Positions 9,584 through 19,878 are shown, counted from the first letter of the stretch. The stretch: 64,000 bases of DNA from Candidatus Latescibacterota bacterium (GCA_965205485.1 OZ242180.1:5024001-5088000); one strand, 5' to 3'. Made by a program: numbers and translations. Notes: a model not told the origin generated them from the letters alone.

Positions 9584-10159
9584 ATGAGAAAGATCACATT
9601 CGCCCTTCCAGTCCTCTTCGCAATCATCGCTTTTTCGGTCTTTGCCGGGGAAGACGGTGATAAACCGGATGGAAAAGGCGAGAAGCATGCCGGAGCATAC
9701 GTCGGATCAGCGGAGTTCGAGCGGCTGAAAACGCTGGTCGGGCGCTGGGAATCCGAGATGCCGATGCCAGGGGGAGGGGGATCCGAAGGCGGGAAGGGCG
9801 CGACGATCATGGTCGCAACGGAGTACCGGATGGCAGCCAACGGCACCGTCATCGTCGAACGCAACTTCCCGGATACGCCCAAGGAGATGATCTCCGTCTA
9901 CCACGACCGTGGCGGCAAGCTGTGGATGACCCACTATTGCGCGAAGGGCAATCAGCCGCAGATGAGCCTGACGAAAGCCACCGACGGGATTATTGCGCTG
10001 GAGCTCGTCGAGGGCTCTCTCGATTCCCCCGACGAGTCGCACATGCACTCCGTCTCGATCGCTCTCGACGGAGAGGATGCAATGTCGCAGACCTGGACGA
10101 TGTACGAGAACGGCAAGGAGACGATGGCGCACAAGATGACGTACCGCCGCGTGCGTTAG
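9584..10159 (+). CDS. Secreted hypothetical protein (beta-rich, MTHYC motif)
   Basis: RBS AAGGAG, signal peptide, LVGRW and WMTHYCAKGNQP. Confidence 0.8.
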   Translation: MRKITFALPVLFAIIAFSVFAGEDGDKPDGKGEKHAGAYVGSAEFERLKTLVGRWESEMPMPGGGGSEGGKGATIMVATEYRMAANGTVIVERNFPDTPKEMISVYHDRGGKLWMTHYCAKGNQPQMSLTKATDGIIALELVEGSLDSPDESHMHSVSIALDGEDAMSQTWTMYENGKETMAHKMTYRRVR

Positions 10160-10163
10160 GCAC

Positions 10164-11564
10164 TCAATCCGCGAGGCCGCAGGCTGCCGCCGACAGGATG
10201 TCGTAATAGTGCACAAAAGTCAGCCCGTCGATGACGATGCGGTCGTTTGCGGGCAGCTCCTCTTCCCAGGTCATCGCTTCGCCCCAGTTGTGCGGCGGCG
10301 CGTCGCTCTTGCCCCAGCGGCTTCCGTTGTATCGTCGGAACAGCACCGTGCGTCCCGCGCGGGTGATATATGCCACAACCAGGCAGTCTCGCTCAGTGGC
10401 GTTTTTCTCGAGGTCAAAGACCCGCAAACAGGTGAACTGACGCCCGCCGACGTGGACGTCGAACACACCAGCGCCTGTGAAGGCGGGGGCATCCGGCCCT
10501 CTGACCCACGCGCCATCGGCCCGTTGGGACAAGCATCCACAGTCTTCGACGATGCGACGCGAACCCCACCAGTCGTCGTGGAATCTGTCGTCCAGAAAAG
10601 TCTCCAGTTCTCTTACGCCGTCGGCCTCTTCTCTTTCCACGGCGATCCACTCCACCTCGTCATCAGCCAGATGCCCCCATACCCTTTTAATGCGGCTCCT
10701 TTCCTCGAGAGGCTTCTTCCGGAACCTCATCTTCTCGACCTCCACCTCCTCGACCTCCACCTCGACACAGGGTCGTCCGTGGATCACCGCCGGCCGGCGG
10801 GCGGTCAGCCATGTCGTTTCGGTCTGACGCCAGGGCGCGGCGCTGTCCTTTCCGCCGTCATAATGTGCATAGCCGACCCGGTCGCCGACTTCCGGCTTTA
10901 CGAACCACCATGCCATTTCCGTGAAATCGATCCGTAAAGATTTCTCCGCGCTGGGGTGAATGCGAATCTCGGGTCGAAGTCGCGGAAAGTCTCGTAGTCC
11001 TGTCTTCATGTCGATCTTCCTCTTCGTTGGGGTGATTCCCAATGCCCTCCGGATATGGTCGCGTCCGTGCGAAAGACGGCGTTTGACCGTGCCGTCGGGA
11101 CTGCGGTGGCGGGCGGCGATTTCGGCGATGCTAAGACCGTCCAGATAAAACGCCTTCAGGGCGGCGCGCTCGCGTTCGGGTACTTCGTCCATGGCTTCCA
11201 GGATAGCCGTCGCGGCCTCACGCTCCCGTGACTGCGCGAGCCCGCCGCGGTTGACCAGCGGCGTCAGGATTTCGCTCCCCACATACAGTTCGCGGCGCTG
11301 GGGCGATCTGAAGTAATCGCGGCAGCGGTTGCGTGCCACCTGCAGCAGCCACGGACGCACGTTGCGAGGCGTATCCCGGCGCAAGCCGCGCCAGGCGTGG
11401 ACCAGGGTTTCCTGCATCACGTCCTGCACCTGTTCGCCGGAACCGATCCGGGAACGGATTAACGCAGCAATCACGCGCTCGTAACGTCGGATGAGGGTCA
11501 CGAAAGCGGCGTCGTTTCCCTCCCGCACCTGCTTCGCCAACTGTTGGTCGTATGGATTTGTCAT
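10164..11564 (-). CDS. ECF sigma-70 factor with about 280-aa C-terminal extension
   Basis: Region 2 (DVMQETLVHAW, WLLQVARNRCRD) and region 4 (SIAEIAARHRSPDGTVKRRLSHGR) in the first 180 aa. Confidence 0.88.
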   Translation of the reverse strand: MTNPYDQQLAKQVREGNDAAFVTLIRRYERVIAALIRSRIGSGEQVQDVMQETLVHAWRGLRRDTPRNVRPWLLQVARNRCRDYFRSPQRRELYVGSEILTPLVNRGGLAQSREREAATAILEAMDEVPERERAALKAFYLDGLSIAEIAARHRSPDGTVKRRLSHGRDHIRRALGITPTKRKIDMKTGLRDFPRLRPEIRIHPSAEKSLRIDFTEMAWWFVKPEVGDRVGYAHYDGGKDSAAPWRQTETTWLTARRPAVIHGRPCVEVEVEEVEVEKMRFRKKPLEERSRIKRVWGHLADDEVEWIAVEREEADGVRELETFLDDRFHDDWWGSRRIVEDCGCLSQRADGAWVRGPDAPAFTGAGVFDVHVGGRQFTCLRVFDLEKNATERDCLVVAYITRAGRTVLFRRYNGSRWGKSDAPPHNWGEAMTWEEELPANDRIVIDGLTFVHYYDILSAAACGLAD

Positions 11565-11587
11565 TCGTTTGCCCGTCCTTTACCTGC

Positions 11588-11615
11588 AAGGCGCGACCGG
11601 GATGTCAAAGGTTCA
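11588..11615 (-). promoter_or_regulatory. Putative autoregulatory ECF promoter
   Basis: TGAACC-16 nt-CGCCTT just upstream of the ECF gene RBS, resembling the AAC/CGT ECF consensus. Confidence 0.45.
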
Positions 11616-11770
11616 CTTCTTATAGCGGATCCCCGGATTACGGAACGACAAAAACGCAACCGTCAGCGACTAAAGACGTTGGTGGAAGTACACGCTCTAG
11701 AGCGAACCCTATCACGGCACCTATTTTGACTCTTCGAGTAGAATAGACTATAGATCGAGGGGAAATCGTC

Positions 11771-12241
11771 ATGGAACACGTCGATGGAACCGATGTTACA
11801 GGTCGACAGGAAACGCCCGGCCGCCGTTCATGGGACTACTGGAAACTACCGGTGTGGTTCGGCCTGGGGTTGTGCATTCTTCAGTTGCTGGTGGCCGTTA
11901 TTCGTTTCGGCACGATACATCACTCCGACCCGTTCGGGTTGCTCTTTGCGCTTCCGAGCATCTTATGGGGCCTGGTTCTGTTCTTCATCGCCGGCGCGTT
12001 GATCGGATTGCTGGCGCAGCGCATGTTGAGGGGCGTCAGCGGTACCCGCCGAGTCTGGATAATTGTCGGACTGGCGATCGCAACGCCGCTTGCGGTGCTG
12101 TTCAGTCTTTTCGGCGGCTTGCTTGGGCCCCACATGGTCGTCATCTACGCGCTCGTTCCATTTCTGGTCCTGGTCGGCATCCCGATGCTGATCCTCGCGG
12201 TCTGGCGCGGCCTGCGGAAAGCCTCCGGTCCGGGGGTCTGA
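11771..12241 (+). CDS. Hypothetical membrane protein (about 4 TM)
   Basis: Hydrophobic segments, RBS GAGGGG. Confidence 0.75.
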   Translation: MEHVDGTDVTGRQETPGRRSWDYWKLPVWFGLGLCILQLLVAVIRFGTIHHSDPFGLLFALPSILWGLVLFFIAGALIGLLAQRMLRGVSGTRRVWIIVGLAIATPLAVLFSLFGGLLGPHMVVIYALVPFLVLVGIPMLILAVWRGLRKASGPGV

Positions 12242-12358
12242 TGTACGGCGCGAACATAACGTGAAACGCGCCGTAAACCGGTCTCCCCGGCACGGCGCGA
12301 GCTGTTCGCCAGCGTCAATGGATCTGTTGGCGGATTTCACTGAACGGACTGCGGCCGA

Positions 12359-12811
12359 TCAGCCCTCATCGTCGTAGAAGCGCTTCAGGTCCACGTCGCA
12401 TTCAAGCCTCGCCTTGAGGCTCGCGAAGAAATGCGTCCAGCCCGAGCACTGATCGAACGCGCTGTCGATCCCCTCCCGATCCGGCCGCCATCCGGATTCG
12501 CTCACCGAAATCCTCGTTCCGCCGTTCAGCGCTTCGAAGTCGAACACGAAGCGCGTCCTGTAACCGACATCGTTGCAGGCGGGCCAGGTGCAGACGATTC
12601 TCCTGTTGCGGACCACCTCCTCCACCGCGACGTCCACCTCGACGTCGCCGAATCGCCATATAACCGTTCGCCCGGCTTCCAGTCCGGCGCTGGCGTCATC
12701 CGTGAAGTAGGTGCTGATCGCCGTCCCGTCTGCGACAGCCTCGAAGACCTCGGCCACGGGTCTGTCGATGACGCAGCGAAATGAAAACGACAGTTCTTCG
12801 ATTTGATCCAT
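12359..12811 (-). CDS. SRPBCC/AHSA1-like domain protein
   Basis: IDRPVAEVFEA, W-rich core, GWTHFFASLKARLE. Confidence 0.85.
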   Translation of the reverse strand: MDQIEELSFSFRCVIDRPVAEVFEAVADGTAISTYFTDDASAGLEAGRTVIWRFGDVEVDVAVEEVVRNRRIVCTWPACNDVGYRTRFVFDFEALNGGTRISVSESGWRPDREGIDSAFDQCSGWTHFFASLKARLECDVDLKRFYDDEG

Positions 12812-12838
12812 CGGTCTGCTCCGTCCGGAGTGCGGCGA

Positions 12839-13234
12839 CTATTGGTCCTCTCTCGGCTTCTCGGCCATCAGCGCCATCAGATTCATCTCGGAATCTCTGA
12901 AGAACGCCATCCACAGTTCGTGATCGGGCATATCGGCGATCTTGTGCGGTTCACTGTCGAAATCGACGCCTCGGGAATGCAGTTCTTCGCAGATGCCTTC
13001 GAGGTCCTCGACTTTGTAATAAATCACCGACGCGTGTACATCCGCCGATTCATCCTCGGAAAGCCCAAGCAGAAGCCGCACGCCCGAACAATTGAAGAAA
13101 GCCATTCCCGGCACGCGGAATAGGAACTGCATTCCAAGCTTGTCACGGTAAAATTCGACCGCCCGGTCGAGGTCCTGAACGGTAACCGAAATCTGTCCGA
13201 TCACGGACAGGCCGAGGCTGGTGTCCTGCGGCAT
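12839..13234 (-). CDS. VOC/glyoxalase family protein
   Basis: IGQISVTVQDLDRAVEFYRDKLG...FFRDSEMN. ATG 13234 with RBS AAGGAGG. Confidence 0.9.
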   Translation of the reverse strand: MPQDTSLGLSVIGQISVTVQDLDRAVEFYRDKLGMQFLFRVPGMAFFNCSGVRLLLGLSEDESADVHASVIYYKVEDLEGICEELHSRGVDFDSEPHKIADMPDHELWMAFFRDSEMNLMALMAEKPREDQ

Positions 13235-13282
13235 GGCGAAACCTCCTTTATGTCTCCTTATACATCTTTCCGTTGTAGACTT

Positions 13283-13320
13283 AACATGGATGGACAGGAT
13301 GGGCAGGATAAAAGACCAGA
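13283..13320. repeat. Dispersed short repeat, family A copy 1
   Basis: AACATGGATGGACAGGATGGGCAGGATAAAAGACCAGA. Near-identical inverted copy at 42264-42300, partial copy at 41795-41821. Confidence 0.75.
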
Positions 13321-13387
13321 ATCGGGAAAACGCTGCCTGATGCCCGGGCAACCACATGGGTTGCCCCTTTACAACCCGTTGACGGCC

Positions 13388-14125
13388 CTACCTGCCACGC
13401 GCTTTCCTCGCTTCCATTTCCCGGATGAATTCCAGCGATTCGGGGTTCGTTCTCTCGGCCTTTTCGGATTCAAGTTTAGCCCAGGCCTCGTCATCTTCCA
13501 GGAACGCCCTGAGCCGGTCGCTTGCGTCGTGCAGGATGGGCGATCCATGTCCGAAAACCATTCTCTCGAATGAATGGCCGGCCAGCTTGCGCAGCGAATC
13601 TCGCGCGCTGGACATATCGGCGACGATGTATTCCGGGGCGTTGATCCAGATTTCACCGTCCGGTATGCCTCGGTCCTTCCTGCCTCCGCAGACCGCGTCT
13701 CCCACAATCATCGTGTTTCCCTCTCCGTGTACCATAAACGCGACCTCATCAGTATGGTAGGCGTCGGGAATGTGTATGACTTCCATCCGGTCCCGCAGCA
13801 GATCACCGTCCACAAACGTCTCGTCAATCATTACTTCAGAATGTTCCGATCCGTCCGCATGAATGCGTATGTCGCAACCCCAGCGATTCCTGAGTGCTTC
13901 CGATTCGCGCAGGTGGTATTCGCAGGTCAGAAGAATATGCGCGGGTTTGCCGATGGCTTCGATCTCCCTCTCGTCTTCAGCCGGGAGCGGAAGCGGATCG
14001 ACGAGGACCAGGCCGTCCCCGCGATCGGTCCGGATCACAAAGCTGTTCCACGGATAGGGCTCACCCCTGGCCGCCCCATGAATCTCAGACCAGCAGTATA
14101 CGGAAGAAGAGATCTGCGTCAGCAT
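13388..14125 (-). CDS. Metallo-beta-lactamase-fold protein (divergent)
   Basis: LVDP, LLTCEYHLRE, VGDA, FGHG motifs. Confidence 0.75.
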   Translation of the reverse strand: MLTQISSSVYCWSEIHGAARGEPYPWNSFVIRTDRGDGLVLVDPLPLPAEDEREIEAIGKPAHILLTCEYHLRESEALRNRWGCDIRIHADGSEHSEVMIDETFVDGDLLRDRMEVIHIPDAYHTDEVAFMVHGEGNTMIVGDAVCGGRKDRGIPDGEIWINAPEYIVADMSSARDSLRKLAGHSFERMVFGHGSPILHDASDRLRAFLEDDEAWAKLESEKAERTNPESLEFIREMEARKARGR

Positions 14126-14199
14126 GGTATTCGACTCCAGGTACTGACCAACAAACACATCGACGGTACCACTACGTCACCCGCCGGCCCCTCAAGCAG

Positions 14200-14319
14200 A
14201 GCTATCAGCCGTCAGCCTTCAGCCGTCAGCAAGAAACGAAAGGCAAGATCAAAAGCAACACCTACTCCCACCCCCGCAGACCTCTCCCCCCGGCCCCCTC
14301 TCCTGAAGGAAAGGGGGAG
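14200..14319. repeat. Composite repeat family B copy 1 (heptamer array plus REP-like palindrome)
   Basis: AGCTATC-AGCCGTC-AGCCTTC-AGCCGTC, then a 41-bp unit matching 23516-23556 at 40/41. Confidence 0.8.
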
Positions 14320-14532
14320 CAGAACCAAGCGTCTCTATTTTAAGCAAGCAATGCAACTCACACGAATAAACAAAGGAAAAGGCGGTGAGCCGTGAGGCGG
14401 TAGACGAAAGAAGACCACGCTGCGTCCATCGTTCAGCGATACGGTCCAGCAGTGTCAACCGGCGATAGCTACGGCAATATAAGGGCAACCGCAAGGTTTG
14501 CCCCTGCGAATCCACGGGCGGCGCAGCCGCCT

Positions 14533-15669
14533 TTAATCAAGTCCGTCAATGAACTCGCGGCCCCAGTCTTTACTCAACACAGTCTCTCGCCCGTCATGCC
14601 ACTGGATGACGCCCGATTCCGGCTTGACGTAGGTAAACTCGCCTGCCCTGCGCCAGACTGGAGCTACGGAACCTGTCCGGTTGTCTTCGGGAGTGTATAT
14701 CTCCTGCATCTCTCCGGTTGCGAGCGTCAGCAGATACACGTCACCGTCAAATGTGCCAAAGAGTACCTGGCGTTCGTCGGGGCTGACCTCATAAAACCAA
14801 AATGCCTGTCGCAGCTTCGCCTCCGCCTCACGGGTCATCATGCGGATCAGTGTAGGCTGCCGCGTGGTCTCGATGGCGAAGAGCTGAACGGGTAGAACTT
14901 CATCGTCAACCGATGCAAACGGAAAATTCAACTCGGCGGCATTAAATAGTACTCGTCCATCACTGAGACAACGAACCTGGGAAAAACTGAAGAAAACGAC
15001 CTCCGCGAGAGGAACGAGGTCCTTGGCGAGTTCGACCTGCCCATGCTCATTGACTACACCTCGCCGCACGAGCTTTCCAAGACTCGGCTCGTCGCGTCGG
15101 TTGCTCGTACCTTCGAAGTACACGAGGGTACGACCATCGGGGCTCCAATCCGGCGAAACCGCCGCGTGATGGGAGACGACCGTTGGCGGGGCGGAACCGT
15201 CGCAAGGCGCAACGAGGAGCGATACACCCCTTGAGTCATCAACACTCCCCACGGTGAACGCGAGATGAGCGTCGCCTGGCGCAATTCGTATATCGATGAC
15301 TTCAGATGAATCGCACCACAGTGTTGGACCCAGCGTCAGATGCTCGTCCTCAACGCGCGCGACCGAAAGGCCACCGTTCGGTTTGTCCCAGGTAGCGACG
15401 GCCAGACGCTGAGAGTCGGCGAACCACGCCACTGTACTGGGTTTTGGCAGCAATTTCCGTGACAAACGGCCTTCGGAATCTGAGAAGTACAGGCCCTGAA
15501 TATGGTCATCCGCCTCGAACAGGTTCTTGCTCAGGATAATGGCAGCCCGTTGACCGTCCGGCGACCAGTGGATACGTTTTTCGTAACAACTGCAGGCCAC
15601 CAACGTGGTCAGACCGATCACAGCTGCCCGCCGAACTCCACACAGAATACTATCGGGTAGTAGCTCCAT
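14533..15669 (-). CDS. TolB/WD40-like beta-propeller protein, probable lipoprotein
   Basis: WSPDG repeats, LVAC lipobox-like motif. Confidence 0.7.
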   Translation of the reverse strand: MELLPDSILCGVRRAAVIGLTTLVACSCYEKRIHWSPDGQRAAIILSKNLFEADDHIQGLYFSDSEGRLSRKLLPKPSTVAWFADSQRLAVATWDKPNGGLSVARVEDEHLTLGPTLWCDSSEVIDIRIAPGDAHLAFTVGSVDDSRGVSLLVAPCDGSAPPTVVSHHAAVSPDWSPDGRTLVYFEGTSNRRDEPSLGKLVRRGVVNEHGQVELAKDLVPLAEVVFFSFSQVRCLSDGRVLFNAAELNFPFASVDDEVLPVQLFAIETTRQPTLIRMMTREAEAKLRQAFWFYEVSPDERQVLFGTFDGDVYLLTLATGEMQEIYTPEDNRTGSVAPVWRRAGEFTYVKPESGVIQWHDGRETVLSKDWGREFIDGLD

Positions 15670-16202
15670 AGGACGCTCCCCCTTTCTGGATTCTCAAAGG
15701 CGATTCCATATAGAGTCGGGGTTTTCTCATCGAAAGTTCACGTGCACATAAAAAAACATCAGCCTCCCGGGAAATGCACGTCATGTAATTCTGTGCACCA
15801 GAAATTTTCGGAGGCTTAGCGGGGGGCCTGAAGCGTCGAGTTAACCGAAGAAGGCGGGTCCGATTCGAAGGATCCAGCGAGCGGATTTCGGCGGAATGCG
15901 CACGGCGCCGGTTTAATCAATTGGTCTGCACGGCGTGGATTCCTCGTATCTGCGATATGATCGCAGGCGGATGACCTTCTGCATCCGGCTGACGGGAGCA
16001 TTCCGATGGGTTGGCGTCGAACGGCGGGTTGGTTTCATCAACTGGTACTATCGGGGCTTGCCTGCAAGCGGAACGACGTGTATTCATTTGATGTCTTCGA
16101 AACAAATCGGTCCGGTTTCGCGTCGTACCATGCGCAGGGCGGCGAAGCCGTATCAGGAATGAACCCTAAACTGCCCAGTCACAATTTTCCTGGAGGTCTC
16201 CC

Positions 16203-17066
16203 ATGACGGAAGAGAGGATCACCCCACAGTCCAGCGGATGGTTGATGCTGTTCCTCGCGCTTCTGCTTCTGGCATTGACCGTGGTCCTGTTCATCTACGG
16301 TGTAACTGGCGGCGGGGCCGTTCCCATCATCTCGTCGATCGTTCTTCTCGTGATCGTGATCGTCCTGCTGACGGGCCTGTTCGCGGTGGAACCGAATCAG
16401 TGCGTCGTTATGCTGCTGTTCGGCGACTATAAGGGTACGGAAACAACCCAGGGGTTTCGATGGACCAACCCGTTCAAGAGCCGGAAAAAGGTGTCGCTGC
16501 GCGTCAGGAACTTCGACAGCGAACGGCTGAAGGTGAATGACAGCAGGGGCAATCCCATCGAGATTTCCGCCGTTATCGTCTGGAAAGTGGAAGTTGCCGC
16601 GCAGGCACTGTTCGACGTGGACGACTACGAACATTACGTAAGGGTCCAATCGGAGTCGGCAATCAGGCATCTCGCAACCAGCTACCCGTACGATCAGTCT
16701 GAAGGCGAAGAAATCAGCCTGCGATCCTCGATCACGGAGGTGTCCGAATCCCTCGGCGAGGAGATCCAGCAGCGCGTTCGGGACGCGGGCGTCCGCGTCG
16801 AGGAAGCCCGGATCAACCACCTCGCCTACGCGCCGGAAATCGCCAACGCCATGCTGCAGCGCCAGCAGGCCGAGGCGGTCATTTCGGCACGTGCGAAGAT
16901 CGTCGACGGCGCCGTCGGCATGGTGGAGATGGCCCTGAAGCGACTGATGGACGACGACGTGATCAAGCTGAACGAAGCACAGAGGGCGAATATGGTCAGC
17001 AACCTGCTCGTCGTGCTCTGCTCGCACGAGTCGACGCAACCCGTGGTCAGCGCCGGACAGCAATGA
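16203..17066 (+). CDS. SPFH/band 7 domain membrane protein
   Basis: Two N-terminal [39 protein letters not shown]. Confidence 0.92.
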   Translation: MTEERITPQSSGWLMLFLALLLLALTVVLFIYGVTGGGAVPIISSIVLLVIVIVLLTGLFAVEPNQCVVMLLFGDYKGTETTQGFRWTNPFKSRKKVSLRVRNFDSERLKVNDSRGNPIEISAVIVWKVEVAAQALFDVDDYEHYVRVQSESAIRHLATSYPYDQSEGEEISLRSSITEVSESLGEEIQQRVRDAGVRVEEARINHLAYAPEIANAMLQRQQAEAVISARAKIVDGAVGMVEMALKRLMDDDVIKLNEAQRANMVSNLLVVLCSHESTQPVVSAGQQ

Positions 17067-17076
17067 GGAGTATTGA

Positions 17077-18012
17077 ATGGCCCGCATCACTTTCGGCGTA
17101 GTCTGCATGGCCACGCTATGGTTGGCCGGCTGTGCACAGGTCCGGCATTTCGGAACTCGATGCCCGGGTTTCATCGAAAACCGGGTCATAAGCCTGTCTC
17201 ATATCCCTGGGACGTCTGTCAGGATCGAAACGCATAACGGTCGCGTTTCGGTCGAAGCGGCCGATCGGAGCGATGTTGAGATCAAAGCTATGGTATGCGC
17301 CAAATCCAGAGAGCGCCTGAAATCGACTCACATCGTAACCCGTCGTCACAAGGGAGACGCTCTCCGGATCGAAGTCAAATGGCCGGACGGAGGCAGGCGA
17401 AATGCCGAATTTGCCAGCTTCGAGATCTACGCTCCGGATGTCAACGGGATCTTCGCATCAACTTCCAATGCACCAATCAGTATCAAGGGCTTATCGGGAA
17501 CCGCTGAATTGAAAACGAACAACGACCGGATTGAGGCGACGAATCACCAGGGCATTCTCAGAGCAACAACCAGCAATGATGCCATTGTCATTGTACGTCA
17601 CCAGGGAACGATCACGGCGAGATCTTCAAATGACGACATCAGAGTCAGGGGCGTGACCGGACCGGTAGACATCCGTACATCCAATGGAGCGATCGCCGTC
17701 AATTCAGCAGACAATTCCGTCGTCGCACGCACTTCCAATGACGAAATCACGATTTCACTCACGGACAGGGCCATCGGACCGGTCGTTGCCGAAACGTCGA
17801 ATGACCCGATATCGTTGGTTATCGGCAAGAAATTCGCAGGCGCCGTAGATCTGAAGACTAACGAGCAATGTATCATCGATGAACCGCTCAGGAAGCATAT
17901 CGTCGGTCACGGCAAGAACCCTGTTCGGTTAAGCATTGGCGAAGGGCCGAAATCCAGACTGGCGACGAGGAATGCACCGATTTTAGTTAAGGTGCGTGAT
18001 GCGGCTGAATGA
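17077..18012 (+). CDS. DUF4097-like beta-strand repeat lipoprotein
   Basis: LAGC lipobox, repeated TSN(G/D)xI units. Confidence 0.8.
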   Translation: MARITFGVVCMATLWLAGCAQVRHFGTRCPGFIENRVISLSHIPGTSVRIETHNGRVSVEAADRSDVEIKAMVCAKSRERLKSTHIVTRRHKGDALRIEVKWPDGGRRNAEFASFEIYAPDVNGIFASTSNAPISIKGLSGTAELKTNNDRIEATNHQGILRATTSNDAIVIVRHQGTITARSSNDDIRVRGVTGPVDIRTSNGAIAVNSADNSVVARTSNDEITISLTDRAIGPVVAETSNDPISLVIGKKFAGAVDLKTNEQCIIDEPLRKHIVGHGKNPVRLSIGEGPKSRLATRNAPILVKVRDAAE

Positions 18013-18051
18013 CTCAATCTTGAGACTCACCCGTCCACGTGGAAGTAGAAA

Positions 18052-18276
18052 ATGGCCGCAACCGATCTGACAGTCGAACTACCTTTCGGTTTGTCCCCGG
18101 AAGAGGCGAAAATACTCCTTGCCATTAAGCTCTATGAAATTGGTAGAGTTTCGCTTGGTCAGGCAGCCAGGACGGCTGGACACTCAAAACGCGCATTCCT
18201 GGAGATTCTGGGCAATCACAAGGTACCTGTATTTGACTATTCTCCTGAGGAGTTGCGCGAAGAAACCGGACGGTGA
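18052..18276 (+). CDS. UPF0175 family putative antitoxin
   Basis: LAIKLYEIGRVSLGQAA...FLEILG...PVFDYSPEEL. Confidence 0.85.
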   Translation: MAATDLTVELPFGLSPEEAKILLAIKLYEIGRVSLGQAARTAGHSKRAFLEILGNHKVPVFDYSPEELREETGR

Positions 18277-18312
18277 GGGCACGTATTGTACGGGATAGCA
18301 CCTGCCTGACTA
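18273..18312 (+). pseudogene. Remnant N-terminus of PIN/DUF3368-like toxin
   Basis: GTGA-coupled start, IVRDSTCL resembles the first PIN strand, then runs into a convergent gene. Confidence 0.45.
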
Positions 18313-18320
18313 CATTTGCT

Positions 18321-19067
18321 TCAAGATTCACCCGCCGGTACGAACGCCAGCAGGATCGTATCGGCAAACAGGCGCCAGGCTACAGCGATTTCCTCGAATC
18401 CCGCCTCCTTCATCGTGCGGATGAGGTCTTCCGCGCGGTACTCGTATTCAACGTCCTTCCCGGCCGCCTTCATCATTCGTTTATACTCCCGTCTGGCATC
18501 GATTTCCTCCCGGGTCACCCTCCCCGAATCGATCGCGCGCTGAACGTGACGCTCGCGGAAGCGCGACGCCTGCCGCCGGACCGCGGCTGACCAGCCTGGC
18601 CCAACCGACATCGTATCGTAGAGGATGAAACACCCGCCGGGCCGCAGCGCGCTCGCGATTCTCGCGATAAGCGATGGCAAAGGATCGGGATGCACGTGGT
18701 GAAAGGTCTTCGCTGAGAAGACCAGGTCGCAGGGCGGTATGGCGCATTCAGTAATGTCGGCTTCCCGCACATCGTACCGCCCGGCGTAGGGCGTTAACTT
18801 TCGCTTCGCGATCCGGAGCATCTCCGGTTCGCTGTCTATGCAACTGCCGGTCGCCCGGCCGAAGCGTTGCAGCACACGCGCTGTCGGCTCCGCCGTACCG
18901 CAGCCCAGATCCACAAATTCGAACGGGTCGTCCGGATCGAACGGGATCAGCTCGACGATCATCTCGAGCCCTCTCTCATAAGGAGGACTCAGGACCGATT
19001 GTACTCGATCGTACGATGCCGCTATTTCCGCGAAATAGCTGAAATCTTCGTGCGACGTCTCGCTCAT
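18321..19067 (-). CDS. Class I SAM-dependent methyltransferase
   Basis: VDLGCGTA, IDSEPEML, LRPGG. Confidence 0.9.
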   Translation of the reverse strand: MSETSHEDFSYFAEIAASYDRVQSVLSPPYERGLEMIVELIPFDPDDPFEFVDLGCGTAEPTARVLQRFGRATGSCIDSEPEMLRIAKRKLTPYAGRYDVREADITECAIPPCDLVFSAKTFHHVHPDPLPSLIARIASALRPGGCFILYDTMSVGPGWSAAVRRQASRFRERHVQRAIDSGRVTREEIDARREYKRMMKAAGKDVEYEYRAEDLIRTMKEAGFEEIAVAWRLFADTILLAFVPAGES

Positions 19068-19189
19068 TTTCAATCCTCGACCTGAACGATGCTGCCTGGT
19101 TCGCTCACGTCATGTCCCCGAAATTTCTCACTATTCTCCCACCGATTCATCCCGTTTCGCTGAAACGTGGTAATCGAGCATGCTTGCAT

Positions 19190-19301
19190 TGAGCTTGTCG
19201 AAATGTTGAAATGCCCGCGTTTCACTATCCGTAAGTGGCCAATCGACATCCCTTCGACAAGCTCAGGGCAACGCCTTCTCCGACCCTTCGGCAGGCTCAG
19301 G
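19190..19301. repeat. REP-like inverted repeats (family C)
   Basis: TGAGCTTGTCGAA (19190) / TTCGACAAGCTCA (19253) perfect 13-bp IR, third degenerate copy at 19284. Confidence 0.7.
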
Positions 19302-19345
19302 ACAACGGCTCAGGGTGCGGCTTAGGCCTAACGCGGCAGGCCTGG

Positions 19346-19795
19346 CTATATGCCCTCAATCGACACGCCGTTCGCCTCGGCAACGGGGCTGAGTTTTTTA
19401 ACCATTTCGTCTCTGATCAACCGGCTCGCGCCTGAGCTTGTTTCCCTGAAATTCACCGTGGCGGGCTTTCCTTGGGTGACTTTTAATTCCATCCGCCACG
19501 ACTCAAAGCGGATTTCCGAAATCGATGACCAGGGGATTCTTCGCCGGCGGAAAAGGCCCCGGACGATTTCGATATGCCCATCGTCAATGGCGATGGTGTG
19601 CCTGTTGATGCGGTCGTAAAACAGACCCCACGAGAGCCATGAGGGACCGAGGACCAGATTCAGGATCCCGAAAAAATCATTCCCGCCGCTTAGGAAAAGT
19701 GCGCCGCCGAGGACGTGGACAACGCCAAGGGTGACCAGAAGGATCCTGAATTGAGGGGGTATCGAGACCGTGAGATCGATTGTCCGGTCGTCCAT
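19346..19795 (-). CDS. Membrane protein with PH-like soluble domain
   Basis: Two TM then IAIDDGHIEI...IPWSSISEIRF. Confidence 0.7.
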   Translation of the reverse strand: MDDRTIDLTVSIPPQFRILLVTLGVVHVLGGALFLSGGNDFFGILNLVLGPSWLSWGLFYDRINRHTIAIDDGHIEIVRGLFRRRRIPWSSISEIRFESWRMELKVTQGKPATVNFRETSSGASRLIRDEMVKKLSPVAEANGVSIEGI

Positions 19796-19878
19796 GGCTG
19801 ATGATGTCCTTTCTTGAGACGGAATGCATCTCGCGGCTTCTTTCGCAATCGCTGGGCAGTCTTCCAGCGGCAGCCTTT

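Noticed and set aside
15670..16202. ncRNA in the 530-bp divergent intergenic region
   Set aside because: Only short scattered hairpins, with no recognisable motif or promoter-terminator pair
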